From Candidatus Termititenax aidoneus (GTDB taxonomy: Bacteria > Margulisbacteria > Termititenacia > Termititenacales > Termititenacaceae): 64,000 nucleotides of DNA. The notes beneath the pieces are model-generated. The model did no database searches. It was given only the letters and a program-made list of their open reading frames with translations, and was not told the origin of the DNA. Below, one piece after another: positions 35,698-45,429 of this stretch. The stretch is from NCBI GenBank assembly GCA_003864455.1, contig BGZN01000004.1, positions 3,125-67,124 on the forward strand, given 5' to 3'. Position 1 is the first letter of the stretch, and each line of letters begins with the position of its first letter. A program made the translations under genes and the position numbers.

Positions 35698-37983
35698 ATG
35701 AGTATACAAACTATAAATAATAACGGAGTCGACTCTGGGGTTTTTGTCAAACAGCAGACCGGAAGAAGGGTTTCGGGAGAAGAGCGCAGGCTTAATGATG
35801 CTCTGTCCAGAATAAATCTAGACAGGGGCAACGATAATATTTATGGAGGATTTAATATCAGTAATGAAGAAATGCAGGCGGCGATTAGGCAAGACAGGGA
35901 GAATACGAGCGCCAATGTAGCCACTGTTTTTAAGAAACTTAACGAGACAGATGCGAGAATACTTTTCAATAGTTTTGACAGCGAGACTCAGGCACAATTG
36001 ATGAGCCATCTTTATGGAAGCAGAGGCAACGAAAATTTTACAAATATGATAAATAGCGAGCTGGACAATCCACAATCCAAACTTAATACCACCGTTTTAA
36101 ACGGTGAGCAAACCGGTGCTATTGCCGCCAGAGCTCTGACCAAAGGTTTGTTGGTTGCCGCCACTGGCCTCTTCGCCTCCGGCTCTACAGCCGAGACCGC
36201 TCAAAACCGTTTGACCAACTTATTGACAGGAGAGCATTCCGGAGTATTTCAAACGGCAATGCGTCAAGTGTATCAAAAATCTGAGCCCGGCAATGGTTTC
36301 ATTTCAAACTCTTCTAACAACGCCAGGGACGAGATCGAAAGATTTTTAAAGAAAACGGATAATCCAGAGCTGGCCGTTTTTAAAGCGGAGTTTACGCACA
36401 GCGGGATTACCAGCAGCGGCGCAGTCGTGCGCGCAGACAAGAACGCAGACGGCAAATATGATCTTAATGAATTGAAGAGTATGAATTCTGAACAAATCCT
36501 GCGTTTGAGTTGTACGGATGAACATTTTTTAGACAACATAGAAATACAAGGACCCAACGGCCCCTTAACGGGAGAGGCCAAAATCGACGCGCTGAAAAAT
36601 ATTTTCACGGAAATTGCGGCTAAAGAAAGAATGGACGGCGTGGCAATAGCTGTTTTTGTGGGAGCTACTTTGGCTACATTGACCGCTGGATTAGCGTCAG
36701 GCGTGGTAGCCACTGTGCTTGCGGTGGAAGGAACAGCTATGGCCACTCTTACCACAGGCGGCGTCATGACTGGCCGGCCAGCGCAGGCTTTGGAAAATAT
36801 CGCCAAGGAACAAATTGCTTCCGGCAATCCCCAGCAAATCCAAAGTTTTTTAGAAAGGTCAGACGCCTTTGGCAGATTGGGAGAAGACCGGACGAACAAC
36901 ATCATCGATAGTTTGGCTAACCTTCCGGACACCAAAATTGAAGCATTTTATACAGCGGTGGAAAATTTGCCGCCGGAACAACGCGCTAATATCTACGCAA
37001 GGATAGCCAAGGCTTTGCCCGACATGCAGCAAGGAAGGTATATAAATAATCCTAACAGCAGCAGAGGAGAACAAATAGAAAATAGGCGTTCAAACCCTAA
37101 CGGAGCGGCACGGCTTGTCAGGCTAAATCCAGAGAACAAATTTCAAGAGCTAAAGAGAATAATGGACACTGGAACCACAATTGAGCTAGCAAGTTACCTT
37201 GAAAAAAATCCGCCTACAAAAGCCCAAATCGCCCGCCTTACTCCGGACGATAAAGCTAAATTAGTCAATGCGGCCGAGGGATTGCAGAGTTTTGGTTCTC
37301 CTGCAGGAGATACAATAATTGCCTTAATGAGAGAAACACCAGACATGCAGTCTGAGATGCTTGCTGCTGTTCTAAATATGGATACTGCTACCAAAGAGCA
37401 GATAGTTACTACAACGCCGTCGCCCAAGAGCGAGACAATTGTTAGTGAACTGATTATTGAAGAAGAAGGTGGATTAACGAAAACCACCGATCAAGAGTCG
37501 GTTTTAAATTTATTCACCACAAACCAAAATGGAAACATCGAAGATGATAATTCAGCGCCAACAAATACAATTGAAGAAAACCAACAGCCCCCACCAGTCT
37601 CAGCAAACATAGCACGAAATGAACAAGCCGCTTCAAGCAGAAATTACCAAGTTTCTACTGTAACTTATCAAGATAACCCAAAATCCTCTGAGACGCAGTT
37701 TATTCCCAGGACTTACGGAATAACGCCACCATCTAATGGCAATGGAATTGAATATCTTAACAATGGCCAACGGATAATGACTGTGGGGAACGATACATTT
37801 GAGTTTGACAGCACATTCCAAGACAATAAAATAAAACTTGGTGGTCGGGAATATACTGTTCAAGGATCAAACCCAGTACATTTTAGAGACAATAATGGCA
37901 ACACTCACTATCTTGGCTGGGACGCTGCGACTAAAAGTTGGACTTATAGAAAAGAAGAAGGAGTGAACCTCAACGCCGCTTAA
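35698..37983 (+). CDS. large hypothetical protein (761 aa) with no signal peptide, a polar Asn/Ser/Thr-rich N-terminus and a central hydrophobic segment
   Basis: ORF with a strong ribosome-binding site; central hydrophobic stretch GVAIAVFVGATLATLTAGLASGVVATVLAVEGTAMATLTTGGVMTG (nt about 36637-36775); no recognizable catalytic motif. Confidence 0.5.
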   Translation: MSIQTINNNGVDSGVFVKQQTGRRVSGEERRLNDALSRINLDRGNDNIYGGFNISNEEMQAAIRQDRENTSANVATVFKKLNETDARILFNSFDSETQAQLMSHLYGSRGNENFTNMINSELDNPQSKLNTTVLNGEQTGAIAARALTKGLLVAATGLFASGSTAETAQNRLTNLLTGEHSGVFQTAMRQVYQKSEPGNGFISNSSNNARDEIERFLKKTDNPELAVFKAEFTHSGITSSGAVVRADKNADGKYDLNELKSMNSEQILRLSCTDEHFLDNIEIQGPNGPLTGEAKIDALKNIFTEIAAKERMDGVAIAVFVGATLATLTAGLASGVVATVLAVEGTAMATLTTGGVMTGRPAQALENIAKEQIASGNPQQIQSFLERSDAFGRLGEDRTNNIIDSLANLPDTKIEAFYTAVENLPPEQRANIYARIAKALPDMQQGRYINNPNSSRGEQIENRRSNPNGAARLVRLNPENKFQELKRIMDTGTTIELASYLEKNPPTKAQIARLTPDDKAKLVNAAEGLQSFGSPAGDTIIALMRETPDMQSEMLAAVLNMDTATKEQIVTTTPSPKSETIVSELIIEEEGGLTKTTDQESVLNLFTTNQNGNIEDDNSAPTNTIEENQQPPPVSANIARNEQAASSRNYQVSTVTYQDNPKSSETQFIPRTYGITPPSNGNGIEYLNNGQRIMTVGNDTFEFDSTFQDNKIKLGGREYTVQGSNPVHFRDNNGNTHYLGWDAATKSWTYRKEEGVNLNAA

Positions 37984-38003
37984 CTAGTTTTAAAAGGCAC
38001 GGC

Positions 38004-38684
38004 TTATTCTGTTTTCAGCATTTTCTCCAACGCTCCGCGCGTTTTGGCGGTCAGGTCTTCCGCCTCAGGCTCGATTGCTTCTCCAACAATAACGGTAAAA
38101 GAATTTGTGCGCCACGGCAATTTTTGCGTTGCTTTACCGCCTAAAACAGCCACAGGCAAAACAGCGGTTTGCGCTTGTTTGGCCAAACGCTCCATGCCGC
38201 TTTTGAAAGGCAGCAGCGGCTCGGCTGTAGTGTTGCGCGTGCCCTCGGGGTAGATCAGCAGCGTGCCGCCGCCGCGCAAAAACTGCGTCATGGCCGCCAT
38301 AGAGCGCGCCGCACTGTGGGGATTTTTACGATTGATTGGGAAATAGCCCAGCGTCCTGACCGCCCAGCCAAAAATCGGGATTTTAAAAAGCTCTTCTTTC
38401 ATCACAAAACTAAAATTCACCGGCAAATAACCCAGCGCGATAAAAATATCAAAATAACTCGTGTGATTGGAAGCGATGATCAGCGGCTTTTGCGGAATAT
38501 TTTCCAGCCCCTTCACGTTCACCCGAAAACCGGAGATCCAGAGCAAAAATCTGCCCCAGAACACCGCGACAAACCGCGCGTGCTTGGGCAGAAAAAAAGA
38601 CATGCAGAGCAGCGGCAAAAAGCCCAGAGGCATCGACGCGACTAGGGCAGTCCAGAGCAGCGCGAGACGGCAATAACCGATCAT
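38004..38684 (-). CDS. plsC: 1-acyl-sn-glycerol-3-phosphate acyltransferase
   Basis: Acyltransferase motifs NHTSYFD (H-x4-D) and YPEGTR. Confidence 0.8.
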   Translation of the reverse strand: MIGYCRLALLWTALVASMPLGFLPLLCMSFFLPKHARFVAVFWGRFLLWISGFRVNVKGLENIPQKPLIIASNHTSYFDIFIALGYLPVNFSFVMKEELFKIPIFGWAVRTLGYFPINRKNPHSAARSMAAMTQFLRGGGTLLIYPEGTRNTTAEPLLPFKSGMERLAKQAQTAVLPVAVLGGKATQKLPWRTNSFTVIVGEAIEPEAEDLTAKTRGALEKMLKTE

Positions 38685-39904
38685 GCGCTCAATCTGGCGA
38701 CGGTCAGTTCCTGGCCGAGCAGCTCCATTACTTCAAATATTCCGGGCGAAACATTGGAGCCGGTCAGTATAATCCGCAGCGGCATAATAATTTGCGCCGC
38801 GTCAAGATTTTGCTCGGCCGCAAAACCGCGCACTGTTTTTTCAATAGCCTCGGTTTGCCAAACAGCCGCTTTTAATCGCACCGCCAATTCCGGCAAATAT
38901 TTTCTGGCGCTCTCCGCCGCGGCCTGCAATTCCGCAGGAATAGTGATTTCTTTTTCAATAAAATACGCGCAGCTTTTGGCGATATGCCCGACTGTTTTCA
39001 TTCGCGACTGGCTCAAAGCCAAAATTTTGTCGATTTTGGGGTGTTGCAAATATTCCGCCGGCAAAAAATCTTTGAGCCGGCTCAAAGACGCTTTTTTGAT
39101 ATGCTCGGCGTTCAGCCATTCCAGTTTTTTGTTGTCGAAAATCGCCGCCGACCGGCCGACTTTGTTCAGCGAAAATTTTTCCAGCAAATCCGCGCGCGTA
39201 AAAAATTCCTGATCTTTGTACGCCCAGCCGAGCCGCGCCAGATAATTGACCATCGCTTCCGGCAGCACACCCTGCTTGGCATATTCCTCGACAGAAGTCG
39301 CGCCGTGCCGCTTGCTCAAACGCTGTCCGTCCGGCCCCAAAATCATCGGCACATGCACGATTTTCGGCACGGCCAAATTCAGCGCCTTGTAAATCATCAC
39401 CTGCCGCGGAGTATTCGAGAGATGATCATCGCCGCGGATAATATGCGTGATCCGCATCAGCGCGTCGTCAATGACCACCGCATAATTGTAAACCGGCATG
39501 CCGTCCGAACGGCGGATTACAAAATCCTCAATATTGCCGTCGGGGTCTGTGGATTTGAAATACACCGCGCCGTCTTTTTCGTAAGCCGTTTTTTGGCTGA
39601 GCAGTTCGGCCAAATATTTATTGTAAATTTCCAAACGCTGCGTCTGAAAATACGGGCCAAAATCTCCCCCGGCTTCCGGCCCTTCGTCCCAGTCCAGTCC
39701 AAGCCAGCGCAGGCCGTTGAGAATAGCCTGTATCGCTTCCGGCGTGGAGCGCGCGCGATCAGTGTCCTCAATGCGCAAAATAAATTTGCCGTTATTTTTG
39801 CGGGCGTACAGCCAGTTAAAAAGCGCCGTGCGCGCGCCACCGACATGCAAATAGCCGGTGGGCGACGGCGCAAAACGAGTGCGGATTTGAACATTCTCGG
39901 ACAT
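38681..39904 (-). CDS. gltX: glutamate--tRNA ligase
   Basis: Class I HIGH motif PSPTGYLHVGGAR and the KMSKS-like LSKRHG. Confidence 0.85.
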   Translation of the reverse strand: MSENVQIRTRFAPSPTGYLHVGGARTALFNWLYARKNNGKFILRIEDTDRARSTPEAIQAILNGLRWLGLDWDEGPEAGGDFGPYFQTQRLEIYNKYLAELLSQKTAYEKDGAVYFKSTDPDGNIEDFVIRRSDGMPVYNYAVVIDDALMRITHIIRGDDHLSNTPRQVMIYKALNLAVPKIVHVPMILGPDGQRLSKRHGATSVEEYAKQGVLPEAMVNYLARLGWAYKDQEFFTRADLLEKFSLNKVGRSAAIFDNKKLEWLNAEHIKKASLSRLKDFLPAEYLQHPKIDKILALSQSRMKTVGHIAKSCAYFIEKEITIPAELQAAAESARKYLPELAVRLKAAVWQTEAIEKTVRGFAAEQNLDAAQIIMPLRIILTGSNVSPGIFEVMELLGQELTVARLSA

Positions 39905-40004
39905 GGCATTATTTAAACACAAGAAAAAGGAAAATTACAGAACAAGCCGCCATTTGACCGCCTCGCCGTATTAGTGTATAGTAATACTTATCACGCGCGG
40001 AGGT

Positions 40005-40268
40005 ATGGAAGTTATGCTGATTTGCTCAAATTGCCATAAAGAAAATCAAGAAGATTCTAAGTTTTGTCAGGAATGCGGCTGTGCGCTGGAAGTGCAAAGT
40101 AATATTGTGAAAATCGGCAAACCAACCGGCGTCAGCAAATTTACGCCGTTGAGCCGCGAGGAGCGTTTTCGCCGCGCCAAGCTCGCCGCTTTGAAAGCGC
40201 TCAAAAACGCCGAAACTGCGGAAAGCGCGCCGGCAGGTGTTGTTTTCGTCGGCAAGAAAATTTTATAA
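40005..40268 (+). CDS. zinc-ribbon domain protein
   Basis: CSNC...CQEC at the N-terminus. Confidence 0.4.
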   Translation: MEVMLICSNCHKENQEDSKFCQECGCALEVQSNIVKIGKPTGVSKFTPLSREERFRRAKLAALKALKNAETAESAPAGVVFVGKKIL

Positions 40269-40292
40269 TCAACCAGGCATTCGGGGGGAACG

Positions 40293-41453
40293 GTGAATTT
40301 GTGGCCAAAAATTAGCGGATTTCTTTGTTTGCTGTCCGCGTTTGCCCTGGCCTCATTTCCGGTTGATCTTTTGGACAAAACTTCCGGTCTAGCCGTCCTG
40401 AGCTGCGGCGGAGCAGGAGCGGCGCGTACCGACGGCGTCGGCGCGGCTTACTGGAATCCGGCGGGGTTGGCTTTTTCCGGCAAAAGCGGCTTTGACCTGA
40501 CCTATTATCAAAAACTGGGTTTCGTGAATCACTCTTCACTGGACGCCGTGCTGCTGCTCGGCGGCGACATCTTGCCGCTCGGTTTCAATCTGGTGCAGGA
40601 GGGCATTAACAGTATTCCGCGCACCAGCTCGGCCGGCGGACTGCCGGTGGAAGAAGGCTCTTTCGCCGACGAGTACCGCTTTATTAATTTTTCTACAGCT
40701 TTTCGCCTCGATCACGGACTGTACGGCGGCCTCAATTACAAAATCATTTCTCATACTATCGACAAATACCGCGCCGAAGGCTTTGCTGTCGATCTGGGTT
40801 TAATCCAGATCATGAGCCAAAACTTGACGCTGGGCGCGACTTTTCGCAATCTTTTTTCCGCGCTGGACTGGACTACCGGTTTGCAGGAATATCTGGCGCG
40901 CAAATTGACCGCCGGAGTTGCCTATCATCTGCCGCTGGCCGATTTTGAAAATTATTTGTACGCCGATCTCGACATATACAGCGAAGAAGAGCGCGGCTGG
41001 GCGCTGGGCGCGGAGTCCTGGCTGCTGAAAAATGTTTTCTGTCTGCGCGGCGGCTACAACAGCGGCCAAGAATTCACGCTCGGCACCGGGCTGCGTTACA
41101 ATGATTTTCACTGCGATCTAGCTCTGCTTTTCAATCCGGACAAAGTGGAAATAGACAATTCTTTTTTGTTCGGGCTGGGCTTTGATTTTCAACTGCCGCG
41201 CAATTCCGCGGCGCGCGCCGTCAGCGACGCCAGTTTTCAGCCGGAAATCAGCGTATTTCGTAAACGCATTATTGTCAGCGATTTGCAGCCGGAGAAAATT
41301 CAAGAAATCGCCGTGCTTGATCCTGCTGACAATGTGCTTTCCCTGCCGGTCCGCAAAACTATTGAAATTCCGGCGCCGGCCACCGGCAATTACACGCTTT
41401 TTTTCCAACTCAAAAATGAAAAAATCATTAAACAAACCGTCCTGGTTGAGTAA
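40293..41453 (+). CDS. outer-membrane beta-barrel protein, UPF0164/PorV-like family (putative)
   Basis: Signal peptide; GAGAARTDGVGAAYWNPAGLA resembles the conserved N-terminal motif of PorV/UPF0164 OMPs; amphipathic beta-strands. Confidence 0.35.
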   Translation: MNLWPKISGFLCLLSAFALASFPVDLLDKTSGLAVLSCGGAGAARTDGVGAAYWNPAGLAFSGKSGFDLTYYQKLGFVNHSSLDAVLLLGGDILPLGFNLVQEGINSIPRTSSAGGLPVEEGSFADEYRFINFSTAFRLDHGLYGGLNYKIISHTIDKYRAEGFAVDLGLIQIMSQNLTLGATFRNLFSALDWTTGLQEYLARKLTAGVAYHLPLADFENYLYADLDIYSEEERGWALGAESWLLKNVFCLRGGYNSGQEFTLGTGLRYNDFHCDLALLFNPDKVEIDNSFLFGLGFDFQLPRNSAARAVSDASFQPEISVFRKRIIVSDLQPEKIQEIAVLDPADNVLSLPVRKTIEIPAPATGNYTLFFQLKNEKIIKQTVLVE

Positions 41454-41698
41454 ATTTCGCGGTTATCTTAATTAACGTTAATCTTAAATTCCCTCCAATT
41501 CACTTGGCATAAATCTTGCAGTTATACCTATAAACAGGTTGGCAAAAAAGTTAGAAATTTTTGTAAAGACTTGCGGCCAAAAAATCTACAAAGGAGGCGG
41601 TTTATGCAGAAAGACCCTTTATTGCTAAAAACGAAAATACGCGGCGGAGAAAAACTTTATTTGCTCGGTCTGCTCAAAAAGCAGCTCAAAAGCCTCAA

Positions 41699-42874
41699 TT
41701 AACGTCTTTTCTTTGGGGACTTAACTTTTTTGGGGCTGTGCTTTTGGGCCGGACGGCCAGACTTTTTTCGCGCGGCTTTGCGGCGCGGCCTATTTCTGGC
41801 CGGCAGGTCAAACTCCTCAGCAAAAGCGCCGTCGACATCCACGCCGAGGTCGACATTTTCGGAGTTTTTGAGCAAAGCTTTGTAGCGGTCTAAAATTTGC
41901 GCCAGTTTGCGCGAATACCAATTTTCCAAAATATATTTGGAAAAAATCGGCAGCCGCCGCTGCAAACCCAAACCTTGTTTTTTCAAAATTTTTTCCAGCG
42001 CGTTCAGTTGCTTGGCGTGATCCGCGCCGCTTTTCTTTTCCTCCGCCAGATCGTAAGAACCGATGTCCCGCACGCCGGCTTTGATAAAATCCAAAATATT
42101 TTCATTGTTCGCGCCGGGCACAGTGATCGGAATATCGTTCGGCAAAATCCGCCGCGCCAGCTCCAGCGTCTTGAGCATTTCCGCTTTGCTGATCTGATTT
42201 TTGATCTCCAGCTTGCTGTTATTGATCGGCAGATAATTTTGCAAAATAACATTTTGAATATTGCCGTATTCCGCGTGCAGAGCTTTGATGATTTCCAGCG
42301 CTTCGCGGCGGCTTCTGTCCGACTCGCCCAGTCCCACCAAAATACCCGTGGTTACCGGCACTTTGCCGAGACCCGCGTAAGAAATCGTGTCCACGCGCGA
42401 CTGCAGAGTTTTACGCGGCGAATATTTTTCCAAAATCTTTTCATCGGCGCAGTCCAGCATCATGTAAATCGATGCCACGATCCGCCGAATACCGTTCCAA
42501 CTGCTTTCCGGATCGCGCAGCATTTCTTCTTTGGCGATGTAACCGATATTCAGCGAAGGCAGCAGGCCTTCCAGAAAAGCCAGCTCGCAAACTGTGTACA
42601 CATATTCAATGTAAGAATTGAAGCCCCAGAGATCGAGGCGCGCGCGCACCGCGGAAAAATTATCCGGCCGCTCGCCGGCCACGAAAATCACTTCCTTGAC
42701 GCCGGCTTTCTTGGCCTGCGCGCAGTGCTTGATAGTCGAGTACGGCACAGCCAGTTCAAAAGCCGCCTGATCCGTGTTGTTCGCTGGAAAATCACAGTAG
42801 TCGCACAAACTGGAGCAAATCCGTGAGAGGCTGACCGTAGTCGAACGCGAATAAGTTACGATATTTTTATCCAT
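41699..42874 (-). CDS. radical SAM enzyme of the CofG/CofH/MqnC/MqnE family, with a Lys/Arg-rich C-terminal tail
   Basis: CSSLCDYCDF Cx3Cx2C cluster; NIQNVILQNY resembles the IQEVIxQNF motif of FO-synthase/futalosine enzymes; tail ...RPRRKAARKKSGRPAQKHSPKKVKSPKKRR. Confidence 0.55.
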   Translation of the reverse strand: MDKNIVTYSRSTTVSLSRICSSLCDYCDFPANNTDQAAFELAVPYSTIKHCAQAKKAGVKEVIFVAGERPDNFSAVRARLDLWGFNSYIEYVYTVCELAFLEGLLPSLNIGYIAKEEMLRDPESSWNGIRRIVASIYMMLDCADEKILEKYSPRKTLQSRVDTISYAGLGKVPVTTGILVGLGESDRSRREALEIIKALHAEYGNIQNVILQNYLPINNSKLEIKNQISKAEMLKTLELARRILPNDIPITVPGANNENILDFIKAGVRDIGSYDLAEEKKSGADHAKQLNALEKILKKQGLGLQRRLPIFSKYILENWYSRKLAQILDRYKALLKNSENVDLGVDVDGAFAEEFDLPARNRPRRKAARKKSGRPAQKHSPKKVKSPKKRR

Positions 42875-42904
42875 AAAACTCCTAAAAAAAATTAAAAAGA
42901 AAAC

Positions 42905-43279
42905 TTACCTGAAGCACAGGCGCCGGATGATCCGGAAAAACATAAATACCGCGGCGAACACTACGCCAAAAGCAGCCGCGCCTTTTTTATCCAGCACAGT
43001 TCTTACATCGCCCTCGATATTGTCCGAAATCGTGATGAGCGAACGCACCGATCCGGTCTTGAGATTTCTGGCTACGACCACCGCGTTGCCGCAATTGGTC
43101 TGATTGACATTCTGCGCTTTGAGCAAGCCGATGCCGGAATGATCGATGTCCGCGCGGCCGGCATTGATCGAACTGACGCCGGATTGCGAGCAATTCACCA
43201 TTTCCGCATAAATCGCTTCGGTTGTCTGACGGCTGACTTTTTCCTCTTTTTTCGGACTTTTTTTGCCGTTTTCGCTCAT
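42905..43279 (-). CDS. hypothetical protein with a C-terminal hydrophobic anchor
   Basis: 124-aa ORF with a basic N-terminus and C-terminal ...AAFGVVFAAVFMFFRII. Confidence 0.3.
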   Translation of the reverse strand: MSENGKKSPKKEEKVSRQTTEAIYAEMVNCSQSGVSSINAGRADIDHSGIGLLKAQNVNQTNCGNAVVVARNLKTGSVRSLITISDNIEGDVRTVLDKKGAAAFGVVFAAVFMFFRIIRRLCFR

Positions 43280-43424
43280 TTTGGTTTTTCCTTAAATGTA
43301 TAAAATTTCAAAAAAAAGCAGGTTATTTTACCTTATTTTTACTTGCCTTGTCAAACTCACCGTCAATTTTTGGCGTATTTAGGCAACTTTTTGATAAATG
43401 AATTAGTAAAAAACAACAACAAAA

Positions 43425-43870
43425 TTCGATGCATTTCACAGGTATATTTTCTCGATAAGTGGGTAATTACTTTTGTGTAAGTTTGTGAGCAGGTGAACTC
43501 TTTTAGAGCGAATATGTTTGCTTGCACGCGGAGAATATCTTTACCTGCGCGCGTGGTGGCTTCTCACTTAACTTCGCAGCCACGCTGCTTGTTAAGTTCG
43601 AACCAGACGCGCTCCGGCAAAATATTCTCCGCGCTTAACTTAAAGTAAACATGTGATTTTAGGCAGTGAAAATATTTGCTTCAAGCGGCCGTAACCTTCA
43701 GTGCTATGCCGTGGCCGCGGAAGTAAATATTTTCACTGCCGGAAAATTAGATGTGTTTTTTGAAAAATTTGTACAAAACAAAAAACGGAGTTTTGTCATG
43801 AAAAAATTTTTAAATTTAAGATCTGTTAATAGTTGCCCCCCTCCCCCCCCATTTTTCGTGTAGGCACGCG
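43425..43870. repeat. copy B of the repeated intergenic element (C6-T-C8 tract)
   Basis: Shares its end blocks with 35191-35600. Nested inverted repeats gcgcggagaatatcttt/aaaatattctccgcgc and cagtgaaaatatttgcttcaagcggccg/cggccgcggaagtaaatattttcactg. Contains a REP-like palindrome also seen at 1535 and 50632. Confidence 0.8.
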
Positions 43871-43983
43871 GAAAATCTAGAGTTTTTCACAAACGCGCTA
43901 AACAATAAAACCCTGTCCGGCTAAAGCCGGTTCGGGGTTTTTTGCGTTTGTGATAAATCTAAAAAAGAAAGGGGGTGTTTTTT

Positions 43984-44319
43984 ATGGTCGATTTCAATCC
44001 TAATTTTCAGATTAGTGGGTTTAAGCCAAAATTTGACTTAAACGAAGTCAAATTTGGGGGCAATCATTCTGACAGCACCAAAAAGTTTGCCAATAATGTG
44101 CATCAGAAAATTCAAGACAGCTTTGCCGAACAGGACATTAAGGCAAAAGTAGTTGTTAGCGCCGGATTTAAAGATGGACAACCAATACTTTACATAACGG
44201 CATATGACAATGGCAAACCTGTAATTAAGGACGCTGAAAACGCAATACAGAACAATTTGCCTGACGGCGCTTCTTTGACTGTCTATGACCACAAAGCTGA
44301 AATTCTTTTGCGTGAATAA
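43984..44319 (+). CDS. hypothetical small protein (111 aa)
   Basis: ORF with ribosome-binding site aaagggggtg, followed by a terminator. Confidence 0.4.
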   Translation: MVDFNPNFQISGFKPKFDLNEVKFGGNHSDSTKKFANNVHQKIQDSFAEQDIKAKVVVSAGFKDGQPILYITAYDNGKPVIKDAENAIQNNLPDGASLTVYDHKAEILLRE

Positions 44320-44335
44320 CAATTGCAAAAAGGCA

Positions 44336-44372
44336 TGCACACCCCTAGTCTGTCAATCAGGCTAGGGGTTTT
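44336..44372 (+). terminator. rho-independent terminator
   Basis: cacccctagtctgtcaatcaggctaggggttttcttg is a GC-rich hairpin followed by a T-run. Confidence 0.5.
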
Positions 44373-44437
44373 CTTGACAATATTTACCACTCGTCATATA
44401 ATTAGTCCAGTTAGTTTAGTTTACTAGGAGCACAGCC

Positions 44438-44707
44438 ATGCAGCAGGTCAATATTCACGCAGCCAAAACCCAGCTCTCCGCGCTCGTCGAACGGGCGGCG
44501 CACGGCGAGCCTTTTGTCATCGCCAAAGCCGGCAAGCCTATGGTAACAGTTGTTCCTTATCAAACGCCGCGCCCTAAAGCCACTAAACGTGTCGGTTTTC
44601 TCAAAGGCCGGATCAAAATTCCACCTGATTTTGATATTGATAAAATAATGGAAGATGAGATTATTGAAATGTTTTACGGATCAGACGGCGGCTCACACAA
44701 AGCCTAG
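44438..44707 (+). CDS. type II antitoxin, Phd/YefM (VapB-like) family
   Basis: MQQVNIHAAKTQLSALVERAAHGEPFVIAKAGKPMVTVVPY is the Phd/YefM pattern. Lies immediately upstream of a PIN toxin. Confidence 0.75.
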   Translation: MQQVNIHAAKTQLSALVERAAHGEPFVIAKAGKPMVTVVPYQTPRPKATKRVGFLKGRIKIPPDFDIDKIMEDEIIEMFYGSDGGSHKA

Positions 44708-44713
44708 TTTCGC

Positions 44714-45121
44714 ATGAAAATACTATTGGACACTAATTATGTAATCTGGATTGCGGAAGGCAACATCTCGCCAAAAGTCCAAACATATATTAATAATTCA
44801 GAAAACAGTTTTTATTTTAGTCCAGCCAGCATCTGGGAAGTCGGGTTGAAAAAACACAGTCAACGCAATTTTTCGGCTGAACCATTTGCTTTGCGTCTGG
44901 GACTTGTGGAAAACGGATACATAGAATTACCCATCACCAGTATGCATACCCTGCTCGTCAACGAACTGCCGCCTATTCATAAAGACCCTTTTGACCGTTT
45001 GCTAATTGCGCAGGCCAAAGCAGAGGGACTACTGTTATTGACCGCGGACAAAATCATCAACCAATACGACGCGCCGGTGCTTTATTGTCCTAGAAATAGC
45101 TCGCTGAGAAAAACTTCATAA
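44714..45121 (+). CDS. vapC: type II toxin VapC (PIN domain ribonuclease)
   Basis: MKILLDTNYVIW... with the conserved acidic residues of a PIN domain. Confidence 0.8.
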   Translation: MKILLDTNYVIWIAEGNISPKVQTYINNSENSFYFSPASIWEVGLKKHSQRNFSAEPFALRLGLVENGYIELPITSMHTLLVNELPPIHKDPFDRLLIAQAKAEGLLLLTADKIINQYDAPVLYCPRNSSLRKTS

Positions 45122-45156
45122 AAATTTATGGAGGGGTAATTCCGAAATCTCGGAAA

Positions 45157-45429
45157 CTACTCGTAATGCGACCACATTCTGATAATGCGCACATAATGCT
45201 CGCTGGCGTGTACCGAATAAACCAAGCGATGTTTTATATTTATTCTCCTGGAATATGCTCCAGCTAGATTGCCGCTCAATTTCTCATAAGGCGGCGGGAT
45301 TTGAAATGGATTTAGACGCAAAACATCAAGCAATTTTTGAGTACGGGATTTTAGTCCTGATTTACCAAGCAACTCGGCATCTTTAAGCGCTTGTTTGGTA
45401 AAAAGCAGTTCCCATACATCAGCTACCAC
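45157..45429 (-). CDS. Txe/YoeB-family toxin
   Basis: PF..P.YEKLSGNLAGAYSRRINIKHRLVYSV...W.HYE matches the YoeB consensus. Confidence 0.75.
   Translation of the reverse strand: MVADVWELLFTKQALKDAELLGKSGLKSRTQKLLDVLRLNPFQIPPPYEKLSGNLAGAYSRRINIKHRLVYSVHASEHYVRIIRMWSHYE

Noticed and set aside
41581-41700. 33-aa ORF (MQKDPLLLKTKIRGGEKLYLLGLLKKQLKSLN) upstream of the radical-SAM gene
   Set aside because: It is too short and lacks supporting context. It could be a leader peptide, but the evidence is insufficient.
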